A stretch of 64,000 nucleotides of DNA from Leucoraja erinacea (lineage: Eukaryota). Below, in pieces: positions 49,892 to 63,203 of this stretch (position 1 is the stretch's first letter; every line of letters starts with the position of its first letter). The translations under genes were made by a program, and so were the position numbers. The stretch spans positions 85,312,001 to 85,376,000 of the forward strand of contig NC_073378.1 of NCBI RefSeq assembly GCF_028641065.1, read 5' to 3'. The notes beneath the pieces were generated by a model. The model had not been told where the DNA came from and did not search any database. It was given only the letters and a program-made list of their open reading frames with translations.

Positions 49892-51350
49892 GGGGCTCTC
49901 ACTTAACTTTTTTTGCTGTTGCCAGTCAGGCAACCTAGGCAGCTTTTTAGGTTGCCCAATGACAGTTTAGGTGGTCATTTAACACGGTTTTCATGACGCG
50001 TGCGATAATGTGCTCGGACGAAGTGCGTAGTTACCAGTCGGAATTATGCTCAATGAAAACATTCACATGTTATTTCTGCTTCAAATAAAGTCGCAAACTA
50101 AACATATTCACCAATCAAGACATGATAGATATATATATTACAATGACATGCAGCAAAATTATAATACAGTATCTCAACTCTTTTTGCACTTTGCAATGAA
50201 TGCAATTTCTATTATTTCTTTCCAATTCCAAACAAAAGTGTGGTTGGATTATTCCGCATATGATCAACCTGTGTCAATAAATGCTGGACCATGGTAACAT
50301 ATGTTTAACCATGCACAGTACAGATTGATGCAAGTATGTTTTCTGTGAAGGACCGAAAATTATCATGACATGGTCAGAGCATGGGTCTTTTCCTCTTGAA
50401 TCTTTAAACATCAATCTCTGTGCCCAGTCACAGCAAGGTAAGTTGATAAATAATTGATTCGATCTGTTTGACACTTCTAAAGGTACAGTAACAACATCAA
50501 GAGGGGAACAATAGATACATAGTTTATCCCTTTAGGATTTTGTAATTTAAAATAAATAAAAAGAATGGAAGTGTACTTTGATTTTCTTTTTCTTGTAACA
50601 TACTTGTTACTGTATTATTCTTATTCTTATTACCTGATCAGACCTATACCACACTTTTGAATGTATATAGTACCTCTTTTACGCTGTGTCCACTAAGAAG
50701 ATGAGTCATGGAAGTAGGCCACTATATTGCATCAATTGCATTGCACTTGGCAAGTGAGATTGCCCAGAAGGGCAATAAAAATGGCTGGCGTGGTTATTTA
50801 TTTATTTATTTGGGGGGGGGAGTGGGGATATCAACTCAAAATGTACAGAAACATTATATTTGTGAGAACATTTCTGCTTGATATTGAAACCATCTCCTGA
50901 AAAGCAAAGTAAAGACAGCTGTTCAACTACATCTAAAAGTCACTTTAATTGTCATCTAAGTCGTTCTCGAGCAGAAATCCTCCTCATCAGAATAGTCGCT
51001 GTCAGGATGAGGTCCCGAAGCAGATGCTGCAACTGTGTCTTCTCCCATGTCAGGCCTCCTTGCCCTCATCCCTCCTGCATTCCACAAGCTGATGGCTGGC
51101 CGGGGATCAAAGTCCTTGATGTTACTGGCATGCAGCACGATGAGGAGCTTGTCCGTCACCTGGTTATCCTGGAGGGAACTTCTGATGGTGGTCTTCAGCT
51201 GCTTCAGCCAGCTGAAGCCTCGCTCAGCCTCAGCTGAACTTGCCGGTATGGTAAGGACGAGGTCAAGGAGAGTGCAGATGTTGGGTGGCTCTTCTGGTGT
51301 GTGACTTCAGGAACACCATGCTGTGTCACAACAACCCTTTCCAGCAACAT
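49892..51350 (-). mobile_element. hAT transposon 3' part with C-terminal dimerisation domain
   Basis: ~51300-50956 reads LLDLVLTIPASSAEAERGFSWLKQLKTTIRSSL...FDPRPAISLW; putative terminus near 49892. Confidence 0.75.
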
Positions 51351-51624
51351 GGCTGTTACTTGACACTAGACTGGAGCATTAGGGGGAGCTTCAATGCCCA
51401 AATTTCGGGGTGGGTTTCTGATGGAAAAAGTGGGGGAGGACTGGTAAGCGAGAGATGGCGAAAGACAGAAAGAGCAGAGGCATAGTCCGAGACAGAGACA
51501 GACAGATGAAGACGGGGACAGAGGCAGGCACATGGTTTGGAGGGATAGGACAGGTTTGGAGGGATATGGACCAAACGCGGGCAGGTGGCTTTGCAGTTTC
51601 TCTCTCCTGTTGGGTGAGGGATTT

Positions 51625-51835
51625 AAGGGCCTGTCCCACTTAGGTGACATTTTCAGCGACAGCTTGAAAAGAGGTTATCATGGTCGGGCCGTGACGCATC
51701 GTGACGCATGTAGTGATGCGCGGTATCTCCGTCGCCCCAGGTTGTTCACAATCCAGGGGCGACATTTGGGTGTCTCATCATGTCATGCTCCCTGTTACAC
51801 GCTGACGTACGCTGTCCTGCGGGTGATGCCCGGTG
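51625..51835. mobile_element. Harbinger-like MITE, one end
   Basis: aagggcctgtcccactt terminus shared with 46469; another such end at ~53495. Confidence 0.55.
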
Positions 51836-52689
51836 GGGTTAGGGACCACAGATGGGCTGTAAAATATTCTTCCTTCAATGCATGGATTTTAAACATTAAT
51901 ATATTAAAATTAATACAATAAAATCAATTGTGCAAATGAAAATATGTCCGAATCGTTCAATTTTATTTTATGTTGGTCCGCTTCCAGATCCAAATCGCCA
52001 ACCGTAAACTTTTCAGGGACGGGTTCAGTGAGAGTCTAAATCTCTTCCTCCTCCCCGCTCCACACTTCTCCCCTTCTCCAATCCCCCCCTAGAGGGGAGT
52101 TCAGTCTACATTCACTGAATCCATCCCTATGGAAAAATTAGAGACGATGAACTCCTTGTTCCCTGCCTTGCCCTGTGGAGTTGCTGCTTGTTGGTGAACA
52201 AGCGGCTCGGGCTGGGCCGGATTTAGATGAAGAGCTATTTTCACTTGTGAGCCCCCCCCCTCCCAATCCCCCACCCCCATGACTAGAGGACCATGACTAC
52301 CTGACAGTGACAATGTGACACATTTAGACCCTACTGTATGTTGTCATTAAACAGTCGGATTTAAAATACAAATTGGATTCACGAGCAATTAAAAAAAAAA
52401 AATCTGGATCGCCGTTTGAAGCTCTGGAGTGTTGGGCCTGCTGCTTCAACATCATAGAGCTGTGGTTTGTGGAGCTCTCAGCCTCGGGCCGGGCTGATGT
52501 TAATATCACGGAGCCCTGGGAACCCTTTGCCGAGGGCCGCCAGCTTGAATCTCCACCCAGCTCAGCCTGTGGAATTCAGGAGCCGCGGGTCTCCGGTTGG
52601 AAGTGGACGATTCGGAAGTCCAAGCCGCTGAGATGTTCTCCCGTTCCGAAGTCGGATGGTGACCCGCAAATTTAATTGTACCAATGGCC

Positions 52690-53340
52690 ATGGGGGGGGT
52701 CCAAGGGGAGGGGGTCCGTTGGAGACGGGAAAAGGGATCATCAATGGGGCGAGGACTCCTTCCCAAGGAAGAACTATGTGAGGCGGTGGCGACATAAGAA
52801 GAACTCTAAATCGCGGCAGGTGTGGAACTCGTTGAGGTGGGGACGGAGGGGGACAAAGGTGAGACCTCTGCGGAGGACAGACCGTTCGGTATCCGAGAGG
52901 GGGGGGAGGGGGGGGGGGGGGGGGGATGGTGAACACACGGCAGGGATGGGGGTTGGGGTGAGAGGAAGGCAGTTGAGTGGTCTGAGGCCGAGGCGATGTC
53001 TGGTGGTCAGGGGGTATGAGGATTGTAGTGTGGGTGGGGAAGAGCTGGGGTCACATGGTTTGAGGGTAATGGGGAAGACCCAGTGGAACAGCCACTGAAA
53101 TGACAAGGGTTGGGGGACTAGCACAATGTCCCAGCGCAGTCAAACCCGGGTGAGTGGGAGTCTGCAGCATGGAAACTTCAGGCCCGGTGCTGAGTCCAGG
53201 CTGCAGGTAAGGCGATGGTTGCGGGCTGCTGGAGGGCGGTTGAGTGGCGAGGGTCAGCGACCAAGAGTAGGAGGTCCCCGTGGGCGGATGGTCGGTGGGG
53301 CGGTGAGGTTCAACGGTCCGGTGAGGCAGCGAGATGAGTA
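52690..53340 (-). mobile_element. Penelope ORF N-terminal fragment
   Basis: LSDTERSVLRRGLTFVPLRPHLNEFHTCRDLEFF...DDPFSRLQRTPSPWTPP. Confidence 0.7.
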
Positions 53341-53689
53341 GGCCCCCCTAGATCTCGAGGCCCCAAGCTTAAGCTTGTCTCGCTTAAACGTAAATCCGAC
53401 TGTGGAGTTGCTGCTTGTTTGTGAACCAGCGGCTCAGGCAGTGGATTGGCGCTCGACACCGCTGCAAATGGTTCTATTGCATTGTTCCCTTAACGGGCCT
53501 GTCCCACTTTGCGATTTTTTTCGGCGACTGCGGAGCGTCAGTGACGTTTTTTTACGGTCCGCAATCGCCAAAAAAATCGTCCCCTCTTCCCTTCCCCCCC
53601 CCATCCCCCCCCCCCCCCCCCCTCCTCTCCCCCACCCTCTTGTTTCCCCCCCCTTCTCACTCTCCACCCCCCAGCTAGACTTGCCTGCG

Positions 53690-53917
53690 ACTTGGGGGCT
53701 ATGCGTCAGTAGATAGGGCGATTATGGGTTAAAACTTCAAATTATTAATATTAATATATTAACAAGGGGGGCAGTTAGCGTGTGTGCGGTGGGGGTAGTT
53801 AGTGTGTGTGTGGGGGGGGGGGGTGGTTAATGTGTGTGATGCAGCACCCCCCCCCCCCCCCCCCCCCGTCAACTACACGTTGGGGGAACAGACCCAACGG
53901 GTCTGCACTTGGTCTAG
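53690..53917 (+). mobile_element. Helitron 3' end
   Basis: Perfect hairpin cagacccaacgggtctg then cacttggtCTAG|T; homologous to 19151-19350. Confidence 0.8.
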
Positions 53918-56029
53918 TATTAATTAAACTGTACCAACACATAGAGTTTGAACCTGACTGTAGCTGAGGTCTTGTACGCACTGCAAAACAAGATCCTGTA
54001 GGCTATGTTCTGGTGTGCTCTCAGGAAGCATCGTTTAGAAGTTGGGTCACAAGATCTACTTGTGGGAGTGCCACCAATTCAAGGTCAGTGGCATTTAGAA
54101 GGCTGCGAAAGATTAGAGTGTCCACAGGACTTCACAGAGGTCCAGCACATACTAACTTGTAAATTATAATTTGATTATGAACTATATTTATCTGCCATTA
54201 ATAATAGGAAAACATTTCCAGCTCCCCATCTTTGTTTGGTGCACGTAGATCAATTTTACACAGTATGATGCACTGTGTCCCACTGCTATCCTGTAAATCT
54301 CATTCCCAAGCTTTTGTAGCACCATCTCTTCAGCCTCATTAGCAATAACAGTTGCTTGTAATAGGTTGTGCATATCTTTTCATTCCACCTTGTCAACTAT
54401 TCTCACAGCATATAGTTATTTAAGTATTGTTACATAGGATCTGTACGGCAGCTGAGAGTTGAGATTTTATGGTGATCTTAGACAGCTCTACATTAGAGCA
54501 TTGTTCTGTTGGTGAAACTGTAGCCTAGGGTGTTGAAAATGCAGCAGGAACTTCAGAACAGAAGCAGGAGAAAGCCACTTGGCCTCTTGTCTGCTTCACC
54601 ATTCGGCAACCTATGGTTGAAATTTTACCTCTGTACCATGTTCCTACACTGACCTCGTATCTCTTGATTCTATTAACAACTAAAAATCTTTAGATCTTTG
54701 AATCTAAGGTAACTTAAGTGCTCTTACAATAAAGACCATTGTATGTTTTCCTAAAATCGTTCCTTGCTGGTTAAGTTAATGACCATTGTCATTGTGGTGG
54801 TTACATTGGATGTGTTCTAGCTCAGAAATAGTAGTTGTTTTTAACAATGCCTCGATAATGAATGGATACATATTGATAATAATTATGTAGGAATCCTTAT
54901 GGATTTTTAAGTAATAAAGGCCATCTTGATCCTTCAAATTTTTGCAGCTTGTTATTTTTTTTTAGTTTTAGAGAAATTATAGTGAGAATGTGGAGGAGTT
55001 TTTGATAGACTGTTGGCATTTAAAACAAAAACTAACACTGTCTGCAGTACATTTGTAAGCAACAAGCGAGCTACTAAATTGTAAATTTTTATTGATGGTG
55101 CCAGGTGAAATCAGTAATCTGTTTTAGAGCCTGGCCATTGTATCCGAGTCTGATGGGAATCCAATTATATACATCAAGTCTGGCTCCAGTAGAAGAATGT
55201 AACAATCTAAGCCCTTGGATCTGGACAGTTTTTTAATTTTATATCCAAGTGGCAAAAGCTACTTTAATTGTGAGATTACTTGTGGATAGTTCAGAAATTG
55301 TATCTTATGCTGGCATTATAATTTGATGGACTGGATTTTATTGTGTTTTGTTGCGAGGCTTCTGCAGTGTTACAGTTGTTGGCACTGCTTGCACCACAGC
55401 TCCACGCATGTGGGGTTATCTATGTGAAGTTTGCATGTTCTACTGATTACCTAGGTTTTTACTAGGTGCAATGGCTTCTTCCAACGTTTGCATTAGTTAG
55501 TTGGCCATTATAAATCAGATAAGTGGCAAAATAAATAATGGGGTGTTGATGATAAATTGAGAGAATAAATTGCAAAGCTACAGGGAAATAAGGTGAAATG
55601 AAGGGTATGCATGAAATGACCTCCTGCATCATAATACCAGAGCTGCCAACTCTCATGCATTGAGTGTGAGACTCATGCATTTCGCACAATTCTCATGCTC
55701 ACACGGATCTCAGAATTTCTCACGCTCAAAAATAAATAAATAAATAAAGTCACGAACAATTCAATTTGCCCAAGGCTTCCAGACCTCCTCCACACTCGCC
55801 AATGAGAATCATTTTCTGTCTGCGGATTTCCCATAAAGAACGAGCAATTTGATTGGCTTAAGCCCATCGTACGCTATTAATATGCATGCTTGACCTTGTG
55901 CAGGAACGTGATGAGGATGCTGCTTTACAGCTTGCAACTTAAATGGTTTTGCTTCCATTCCACGAAAAAAGTAAGATGTAAATATATTTCTGATATTATA
56001 CATTACGTGTGGCGATACATAAGACAAGC

Positions 56030-56356
56030 TTTTTCCTTTGAGAATAGGGAAGATTCAAACAAGGGGACATGACTTCAGAATTAAGGGACAGAAGTTTAGG
56101 GGTAATATGAGGGGGAACTTCTTTACGCAGAGAGTGGTGGCGGTGTGGAATGAGCTCCCAGTGGAAGTGGTGGAGGCAGGTTCATTGGTATCATTTAAAA
56201 ATAAATTGGATAGGCATATGGATGAGAAGGGAATGGAGGGTTATGGTACGAGTGCAGGCAGGTGGGACTAAGGGGAAAAAAAATTGTTCGGCATGGACTT
56301 GTAGGGCCGAGATGGCCTGTTTCCGTGCTGTAATTGTTATATGGTTATATGGTTAT
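56030..56356 (+). mobile_element. CR1 3' end
   Basis: TRGHDFRIKG...WNELPVEVVEAG and (ATGGTTAT)n tail. Confidence 0.85.
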
Positions 56357-57549
56357 AAGGACCATGTTAATATTTGCGTGCAGTGGGAATGTAATTCATA
56401 ACCTGGTCTGGGCTCAACTGGGCAGAGTCACTTCAGAATCTGTGTCTTTAAATTATGTTTAAAGTTTTCCACGAGTCAAATTTACTGTTGAAGTTAAAAA
56501 TTCAAACATTTAAACTCGTTGTAAGAACTTGGTGGCCCGTGAGTTAACACGGTAGACTCAAGAGTCACTAAGTTTAACTCCTGGGCACTCTGAACTCGGC
56601 AGCTGGACGGAGAAAAAAAGGTGATTTTTATTCTAAGTTACATTCATGACTTGAATGTGATATTCCTTTCATCATACAACACAACATTGAGGAAGTGGCA
56701 CAATATATTCACATCTTGATTCTCACAATCATTTGTGAGAGTTAAGGGCTCGGGTGCCTCATATGCTGTGCTTTTTAAATGTTAAAAATTGTCCCCTCTC
56801 ATTAGATCAGAAAATAAAACAAACAGCATGGTGAATGTGAAACATAGTCTTTATTAATCTTCAATATAAAAAACACTTTTTTGCACATATTGAGAAAAGG
56901 AGCACCACAGCAAACAACACGGTAGTCTGAAAGGGGGCTTCTTAAACATGCAAATCAACACATGAAGCACAAATAAGTATTTCCAGTATATATTCTCATT
57001 CAGCTGAGAAATGGAGCACAAGCCCAAATTCAGGCAATAAAAGAGACAATGCAAAGCACTCAATGGCAAGTTTTGAGATCTACCATCAGATAAGCAGATG
57101 CATGATAACCACTTTTTAAAGAAAAGACAGATGCAATGAGATTACTTGCACTAAAATGAAAAAAAAAAAATCCATACTTAAAGTTAAATAAACCGAAGTC
57201 ATTTTTACCATGTGTTGATTTTTCAACATGTCGGTAGACGTTGTTGGCTCAAGAGTAACTCGGGAGAAGAACTTGGTAACTCGGGAGACGAACTTGGAAC
57301 ATCGCAGAAATAACAAGTAAACAGCACACTTAGTTATACCCGTGGGAACTCGGTTAAACTCTTGATCATAAACTTGGAATCTCGTACACAACCACAATTC
57401 TTTCACTCGTGGGTCAACTCGCACCGTGAGACGGGGCCATTATAGAGTTTTACAGCGGAAACAGGCCCTTCAGCCCAACTTGCTCACACCGGCCAACATG
57501 TCCCATCCAAACTAGTTCCCACCTGCCTGCATTTGGCCCATATTCCTCT

Positions 57550-58125
57550 GAGTCCGCACGACCAGAAAAACTTTTTGTATTTCGGTCTGTGGAGTAGGAT
57601 TGTGGAACAGTTTGAATGTGGAGTTAAAGCAATGTCCAAATATGAACCAGTTCAAAATGACATACAAAAATTTTTTTTTCACAAGGTACAGGGATGAAGG
57701 GGGTGGTTGACAAACAGGGGTTAATGTTTATTATTATTTTATTTATTATTAATTTTTGTTTTTGGTTACTTTATACATATTACTTGTATGTGTATACCAG
57801 TTGTATGTGTATATATATATGTCTGTATGCATCTCTAAAAATTGTCTGGGGTATTATTATTATTAATTAATTATTAAATGTGGAAGAAGGGTTTAGGGAG
57901 AAGGGGTGAGATTAAATAAGTTATTCTTCCTCTCACTCCTTTTCGAGCTTGTAAAGAAAAAGTGTTGGACATTTAAATTTTGCTTTATGCTTTTCATTGC
58001 TTTGCAAATATTGCCTGGAATGTCCAATTGTTTGACTATTTTGATTTTGTTGTTGTTATTTATTCCTATTTATGTCTTTACTTGTTCGGAACAAATAAAC
58101 AGACAGATAAATAAATAAATAAATA
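57550..58125 (+). mobile_element. L2/Crack-like LINE 3' end
   Basis: GVGLWNSLNVELKQCPNMNQFKMTYK, long T-rich UTR, (AATA)n tail. Confidence 0.6.
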
Positions 58126-58219
58126 TTTCACTGTTTCTCATGTGCTGCCCCATTGATCAGAGCGTGGCTTTACTGTGGACTGTAAATAGGAATATAATTT
58201 AGCCTAATCTTATTCATAC

Positions 58220-58994
58220 CTAATCCAATTTAAAGCATAAATGTTGCATACAAGTGTAAGTTAAAAGACTCGCTACAGTATGCACCAGATTGCACAATTT
58301 CAGGCTGAAAAATGCAAAAGCTCCCACACCAACGCAATATTCCACCTCTCCACCACTTCCAATATTGACAGCAGGGGGGGGGGGGGGGGGCTGAAGGGAC
58401 TGGTTTCCAGCGGGCTAGTATGGACATTGTGGGCTGAATGGATTCTAGGGCTGGGAGCTTAGTCACTCAAGCCTGTTGTGCTGGCAGATCACGGCTGATG
58501 GGCTGGCAGTTGAGTCACGGATATTCCTTGAAATTTAATTTCAAGCAGGGTGCACGGCCACCAAATTCAAATGCAGTTTCATACCATTTGAAGCCAGGTA
58601 AAACCACCATAAAAACCACCATAATACCACACTCACAGTTCAGTAGACATTCAGTGTGTTCAGTTGATTCACAGCTCAGAACGAGTTGTGACCTCCCCCT
58701 CCCCCATCTTGCAGAGACTGAGCCACGTCCACACTTCTGGGTTTTATAGTCCCTCCCCTCCCACCGGAAGGGGCCTGGCCTTCATGGCGTGATTGACAGG
58801 AGAGGGAATCTCAACTTTTTTAGACATTAATAAGTATTATTTTTCATCGATGTGAAAAATCCTCTGGCCCAGATGAGCGGAGGGGGACTGAGTTAGATGG
58901 GCAAAAATCACAGCCGTAAGTGGTAGCGTTTTTTCTAAAATCAATACACGGTGAAAACAGGAAGTGGTCAAGATTGGACTTTTAATTATATAGA
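58220..58994 (-). mobile_element. Helitron-related element (5' TC end at 58994; 3' end not recognised)
   Basis: 58690-58994 homologous to 19380-19660; ends tttaattatataga|t. Confidence 0.6.
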
Positions 58995-58995
58995 T

Positions 58996-59340
58996 GAGAG
59001 GTATAGATTGGGTAGACAGTCAAACCCTTTTACCCCAGAGTGAAAAAATCAAATGCTAGAGAGCATAGGTATAAAGTACGCGGGTCAAAGTTTAAAGGAA
59101 GTATTCAGGGCAATATTTTTACAGGGGAGGTAATGAGTGCTCAGAATATGCTGCCAGGGTTGGTGGTTGAGGCAGATACAATAGTGGTGTTTAAGAGGCT
59201 TTTGAAAAGGTATCTGGATATGCAGGGAATGGAAGAATATTGATTATGAACAAGTAGAAAAGAGATGATCTTGGTAACATTCTCAGAACCGACTGTGGGC
59301 TGAAAGGCCTCTTCTTGTGCTGTACTGTTTAATGTTGTAT
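58996..59340 (+). mobile_element. Old CR1 3' fragment
   Basis: ORF 59040..59243 (HRYKVRG...VVEADTIVVFKRLL). Confidence 0.7.
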
Positions 59341-60854
59341 GGAACAGCCAGCTTTTCTCAGTTTTGGGACTTCCCTGTGGATGTTGCGTTCTGCTGGCAG
59401 ATTCCCAGCTGCTTTGTCTCGGAGAATTCCCCAGACCTGGTGCAGGATCTGTGGGACCATTCATTCCAATAAGGATTATAAGGCTGCAGGAAACAATGGT
59501 TTATTTGAGTGTTTTATTGGTCATTTTCATATTCTGGTATTTCTGGAAACACTAGAAAATCCTTGCCAGCCGTGCAGGTCTTTCTAATACCTCGGTGATT
59601 TTTGTGTGTGCTACTCGTTCTTACTTGTCCACATTACCTGACATTTCCTCTTCCATCTTTCAACCTCTTGGACCTGCTGCTTGCCTTGAGATCATTTAAG
59701 ACAGCGTGATCTGCCATGGAGATAGAGACGTTTGCTTAAGTTAGACAATAATGGTGGACGGACGGGGGAGAGGAAATGACCATAGTTGAATCCAGGTCAA
59801 TAATAGCTGCAATTAAGGCCCAATTTAATTATTATTAATAATTTTATTGTTTGGAGTTGTGACAGTCTAAAATTAAATGCTAAGCAAAAGACACAGAAGG
59901 TGATGTAAATGGTTTTGCTTGTGCAGAAAACTGGTTGCTCCGGTGTAATCAAATACAATTTTAAATTTGATGGATGTCTTGAACCCAGGTGAACAAATGA
60001 AGTTGCAGGCAAAGAGAGAAAGTCCACCATGGGCTCAAAGAAATATGAAATACAATGTGTAATATATCAAGATGTTTAAAGAGTACAGAACTAATTAATA
60101 CTTGTTTGAAATTCTGTAAAATATATATACACAGCATGCGTACAGCATACTTGGAAATATGAGCGAAGGCTGAGATTGCTTTGGGAGAGGGAAAATAAAC
60201 TCGTGTACGCTAATTGCTTTCCCTCTGGGGACCTGTCTTCAGTGAGTTGGTGTGAGTATGTTTATGTCAGTAGGAAAAGCAGAATGCCATATTTTTTCGG
60301 TACAGACAGGTTTGAGAAGGTATTTTACGGATTTAATGTGTGGTTCATTATGTGCAGGATTGTTAATTATAGTGATAGTCAACTAATAACCACAACAAAA
60401 GGAAAATATATTTGAACTTAGCATGCCTGTTGAAAAGAGCTTTAAAAAAAAAAATATTTAGGAAATTTGACACAGAAAATATACACCACTAAAATATTAA
60501 GTTCAGTAGATTAGGTCTATCAGTAAATTAATTTTAAGAGTGAGCAAAAAGTAATGTTTTTGGATGTGCCTAGGGCCAACCTGTAGCACTACAAGTATTT
60601 AAAAAAAAAAAAATTGCATCTTGCAGCATTTACAAATAATTGTAATTGCGTTTGGATTTTTTTTTTCATTTTTATTTCCTAAATTATTTTACTTGCAGGA
60701 GTAGAAATCTAGAATTACCTTCTTCAGGAGGGTTACACTGGTTTAACAGTTTTTTTGTTGTTGGATATGGATGGGTATTGCAGGCATTTAGGTTTGTGCA
60801 GTTGAGTACTGATTCTACATTTGTCAAGATGCTGCAATCTGTTGCTTTGGAGAG

Positions 60855-63203
60855 ATCAAGTCAAGTCAAGTCAAGTTTATTTGTCACATACACATACGAG
60901 ATGTGCAGTGAAATGAAAGTGGCAATGCTCGCGGAACAACAAAACAACCAAACAAATTATAAACACAATCATAACACACATATTATTTTACATAATAAAT
61001 AATAGAAGGAAAAACGTTCTGTACAGTTGGTCCCTGGTGAGAAAGGCGTTTACAGTCCGAATTGCCTCTGGGAAGAAACTCCTTCTCAACCTCTCCGTTC
61101 TCACTGCATGGCAACGGAGGCGTTTGCCTGACCGTAGCGGCTGGAACAGTCTGTTGCAGGGGTGGAAGAGGTCTCTCATGATTTTGTTTGCTCTGGAGTT
61201 GCACCTCCTGTTGTATAGTTCCTGCAGGGGGGTGAGTGAAGTTCCCATAGTGCGTTCGGCCGAACGCACTACTCTCTGCAGAGCCTTCTTGTCCTTGGCA
61301 GAGCAATTCCCGAACCAGATGGTAATGTTCCCGGACAAGATGCTTTCCACCACCGCTGTGTAGAAGCACTGGAGGATCCTCGGAGACACTCTGAATTTCC
61401 TCAATTGCCTGAGGTGGTAAAGGCGCTGCCTTGCCTTACTCACCAGTGCTGAGGCGTGTGATGACCATGTCATATCCTCAGAGATGTGGACTCCCAGATA
61501 TTTAAAACAGTTCACCCTATCCACAGGATCCCCATTTATACTCAATGGAGTGTACGTCCTCGGATGATGTGCCCTCCTAAAGTCCATGATCAGCTCCTTC
61601 GTTTTTTTGATGTTCAAGAGGAGGCTGTTCTCCTGGCACCAGAGTGCTAGATCAGCCACCTCCTCCCGGTAGGCCCTCTCATCATTGTCTGAGATCAGGC
61701 CCACCACCACAGTGTCATCAGCAAACTTAATTATTGAATTTGAGCTGAACCTAGCCACACAGTCATGTGTGTACAGGGAGTACAATAGGGGGCTGAGGAC
61801 GCAACCCTGGGGCGATCCTGTGCTCAGGGTGAGGGACTTTGATGTATTCCCTCCCATCTTGACTACCTGGGGCCTGGCGGTGAGAAAGTCCAGGACCCAG
61901 GCACACAGGGAGGTGTTGAGCCCCAATTCCAGTAGCTTCCCGGCCAGTCTGGTGGGGACTATCGTGTTGAAGGCTGAACTGTAGTCTATGAACAGCATCC
62001 TCACGTAGCCCCCCTTCTGGCTGTCCAGATGGGAGAGAGCGGTGTGCAAGACCTGGGAGACCGCATCGTCCGTGGACCTGTTCGGACGGTATGCAAACTG
62101 CAACGGGTCCATGTTCCGAGGGAGGAAGGCGCAGATGTGATTCTTCACCAGCCTCTCAAAGCATTTCATGACTACCGAGGTAAGGGCCACCGGACGGTAG
62201 TCATTCAGGCAGGCTGGGGAGGCATTTTTTGGTACCGGTACGATGATGGATTTTTTGAAGCAGGCAGGGACCACGGACTTGTCCAGGGAGAGGTTGAATA
62301 ATGTAGTGAGCACTGGAGCTAGCTGCGTAGCACAGGACTTGAGTACTCGCCCTGGGATGCCATCGGGGCCTGCAGCTTTTCTTGTGTTCACCCGTGTCAG
62401 TGCCCTCCTCACGTCGTGCTCGGACAGCGAGAATGTGTGCATATTCCTCCCTTCAGCTTCGGTAGCCAGCCTGCTGTCGGTATTGTCGATAGTCGGCAGA
62501 CCTGGAGTGGTGTTGCCCCTCTCGAAACGAGCGTAGAAGGAGTTCAGGTCGTCAGCTAGGGAGGTGCCGGCACATGCGGATGAGGGAGCGGTGCTTCGGT
62601 AGTTGGTTACAATCCGTAGCCCCTGCCACAGGCTTCTGGTGTCCTGCTGCTCCATCTGTAACTCCATCTTGTCCCTGTACCTTCTCTTTGCGTCCTTCAC
62701 CGCCCTTCGCATTCGGTAGGACTCTGCCTTGTAGACGTCCATGTTTCCTGATGCCACGCCCGAGTTGTAGGCAGCGGTACGAGCATTCAAGGCCACACGA
62801 ACAGATCTGTCTACCCAGGGTTTTTGGTTCGGGAAGGTGCTTACCCTTACCGTGGGGATGATGTTGTCGGTTATTGTTGCAATGAAGTCCATGACTGCTT
62901 CCGCGAACTCACTGACGTCACTGGAACTTGCTTCGAACATATTCCAGTCGACATCACTCAGTGCATCTTGCAGCATGGCCTCTGACTGGTCGGACCACCG
63001 CTTTACGTCCCTCGTCTCTACCGCTTCCCGAACTATCCTCTGTTTATACTCCGGCAACAGGAAAATAGCAGCGTGGTCAGATTTTCCTAGGGGAGGGAGT
63101 GAAACAGCCTTGTAGCCTTTCCTGAACGGTGTGTAGCAGTGGTCCAAAGTTCTCTCCCCCCTGGTGGCACACGTGATGTGTTGGTAGAAGTTCGGCATGA
63201 CCT
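60855..63203 (-). mobile_element. Young Rex1/Babar LINE, 5'-truncated
   Basis: (ACTTG)n tail at 60855-60875, AATAAA-like signal, uninterrupted ORF. Confidence 0.93.
60988..63198 (-). CDS. Rex1/Babar ORF (736 aa): endonuclease C-end, complete RT, C-terminal domain
   Basis: TLDHCY, SDH, KAAGPDG, NDYRPVALT, QFAY, FIDYSSAFNT, PQGCVLSP, KFADD, KYLG. Confidence 0.88.
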   Translation of the reverse strand: MPNFYQHITCATRGERTLDHCYTPFRKGYKAVSLPPLGKSDHAAIFLLPEYKQRIVREAVETRDVKRWSDQSEAMLQDALSDVDWNMFEASSSDVSEFAEAVMDFIATITDNIIPTVRVSTFPNQKPWVDRSVRVALNARTAAYNSGVASGNMDVYKAESYRMRRAVKDAKRRYRDKMELQMEQQDTRSLWQGLRIVTNYRSTAPSSACAGTSLADDLNSFYARFERGNTTPGLPTIDNTDSRLATEAEGRNMHTFSLSEHDVRRALTRVNTRKAAGPDGIPGRVLKSCATQLAPVLTTLFNLSLDKSVVPACFKKSIIVPVPKNASPACLNDYRPVALTSVVMKCFERLVKNHICAFLPRNMDPLQFAYRPNRSTDDAVSQVLHTALSHLDSQKGGYVRMLFIDYSSAFNTIVPTRLAGKLLELGLNTSLCAWVLDFLTARPQVVKMGGNTSKSLTLSTGSPQGCVLSPLLYSLYTHDCVARFSSNSIIKFADDTVVVGLISDNDERAYREEVADLALWCQENSLLLNIKKTKELIMDFRRAHHPRTYTPLSINGDPVDRVNCFKYLGVHISEDMTWSSHASALVSKARQRLYHLRQLRKFRVSPRILQCFYTAVVESILSGNITIWFGNCSAKDKKALQRVVRSAERTMGTSLTPLQELYNRRCNSRANKIMRDLFHPCNRLFQPLRSGKRLRCHAVRTERLRRSFFPEAIRTVNAFLTRDQLYRTFFLLLFIM

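Noticed and set aside
55637-56607. Possible hAT-like MITE around the CR1 piece
   Set aside because: Ends only loosely complementary and no TSD found.
61037-63115. Several + strand ORFs
   Set aside because: Antisense shadows of the Rex1 ORF; the same applies to ORFs opposite the CR1 copies.
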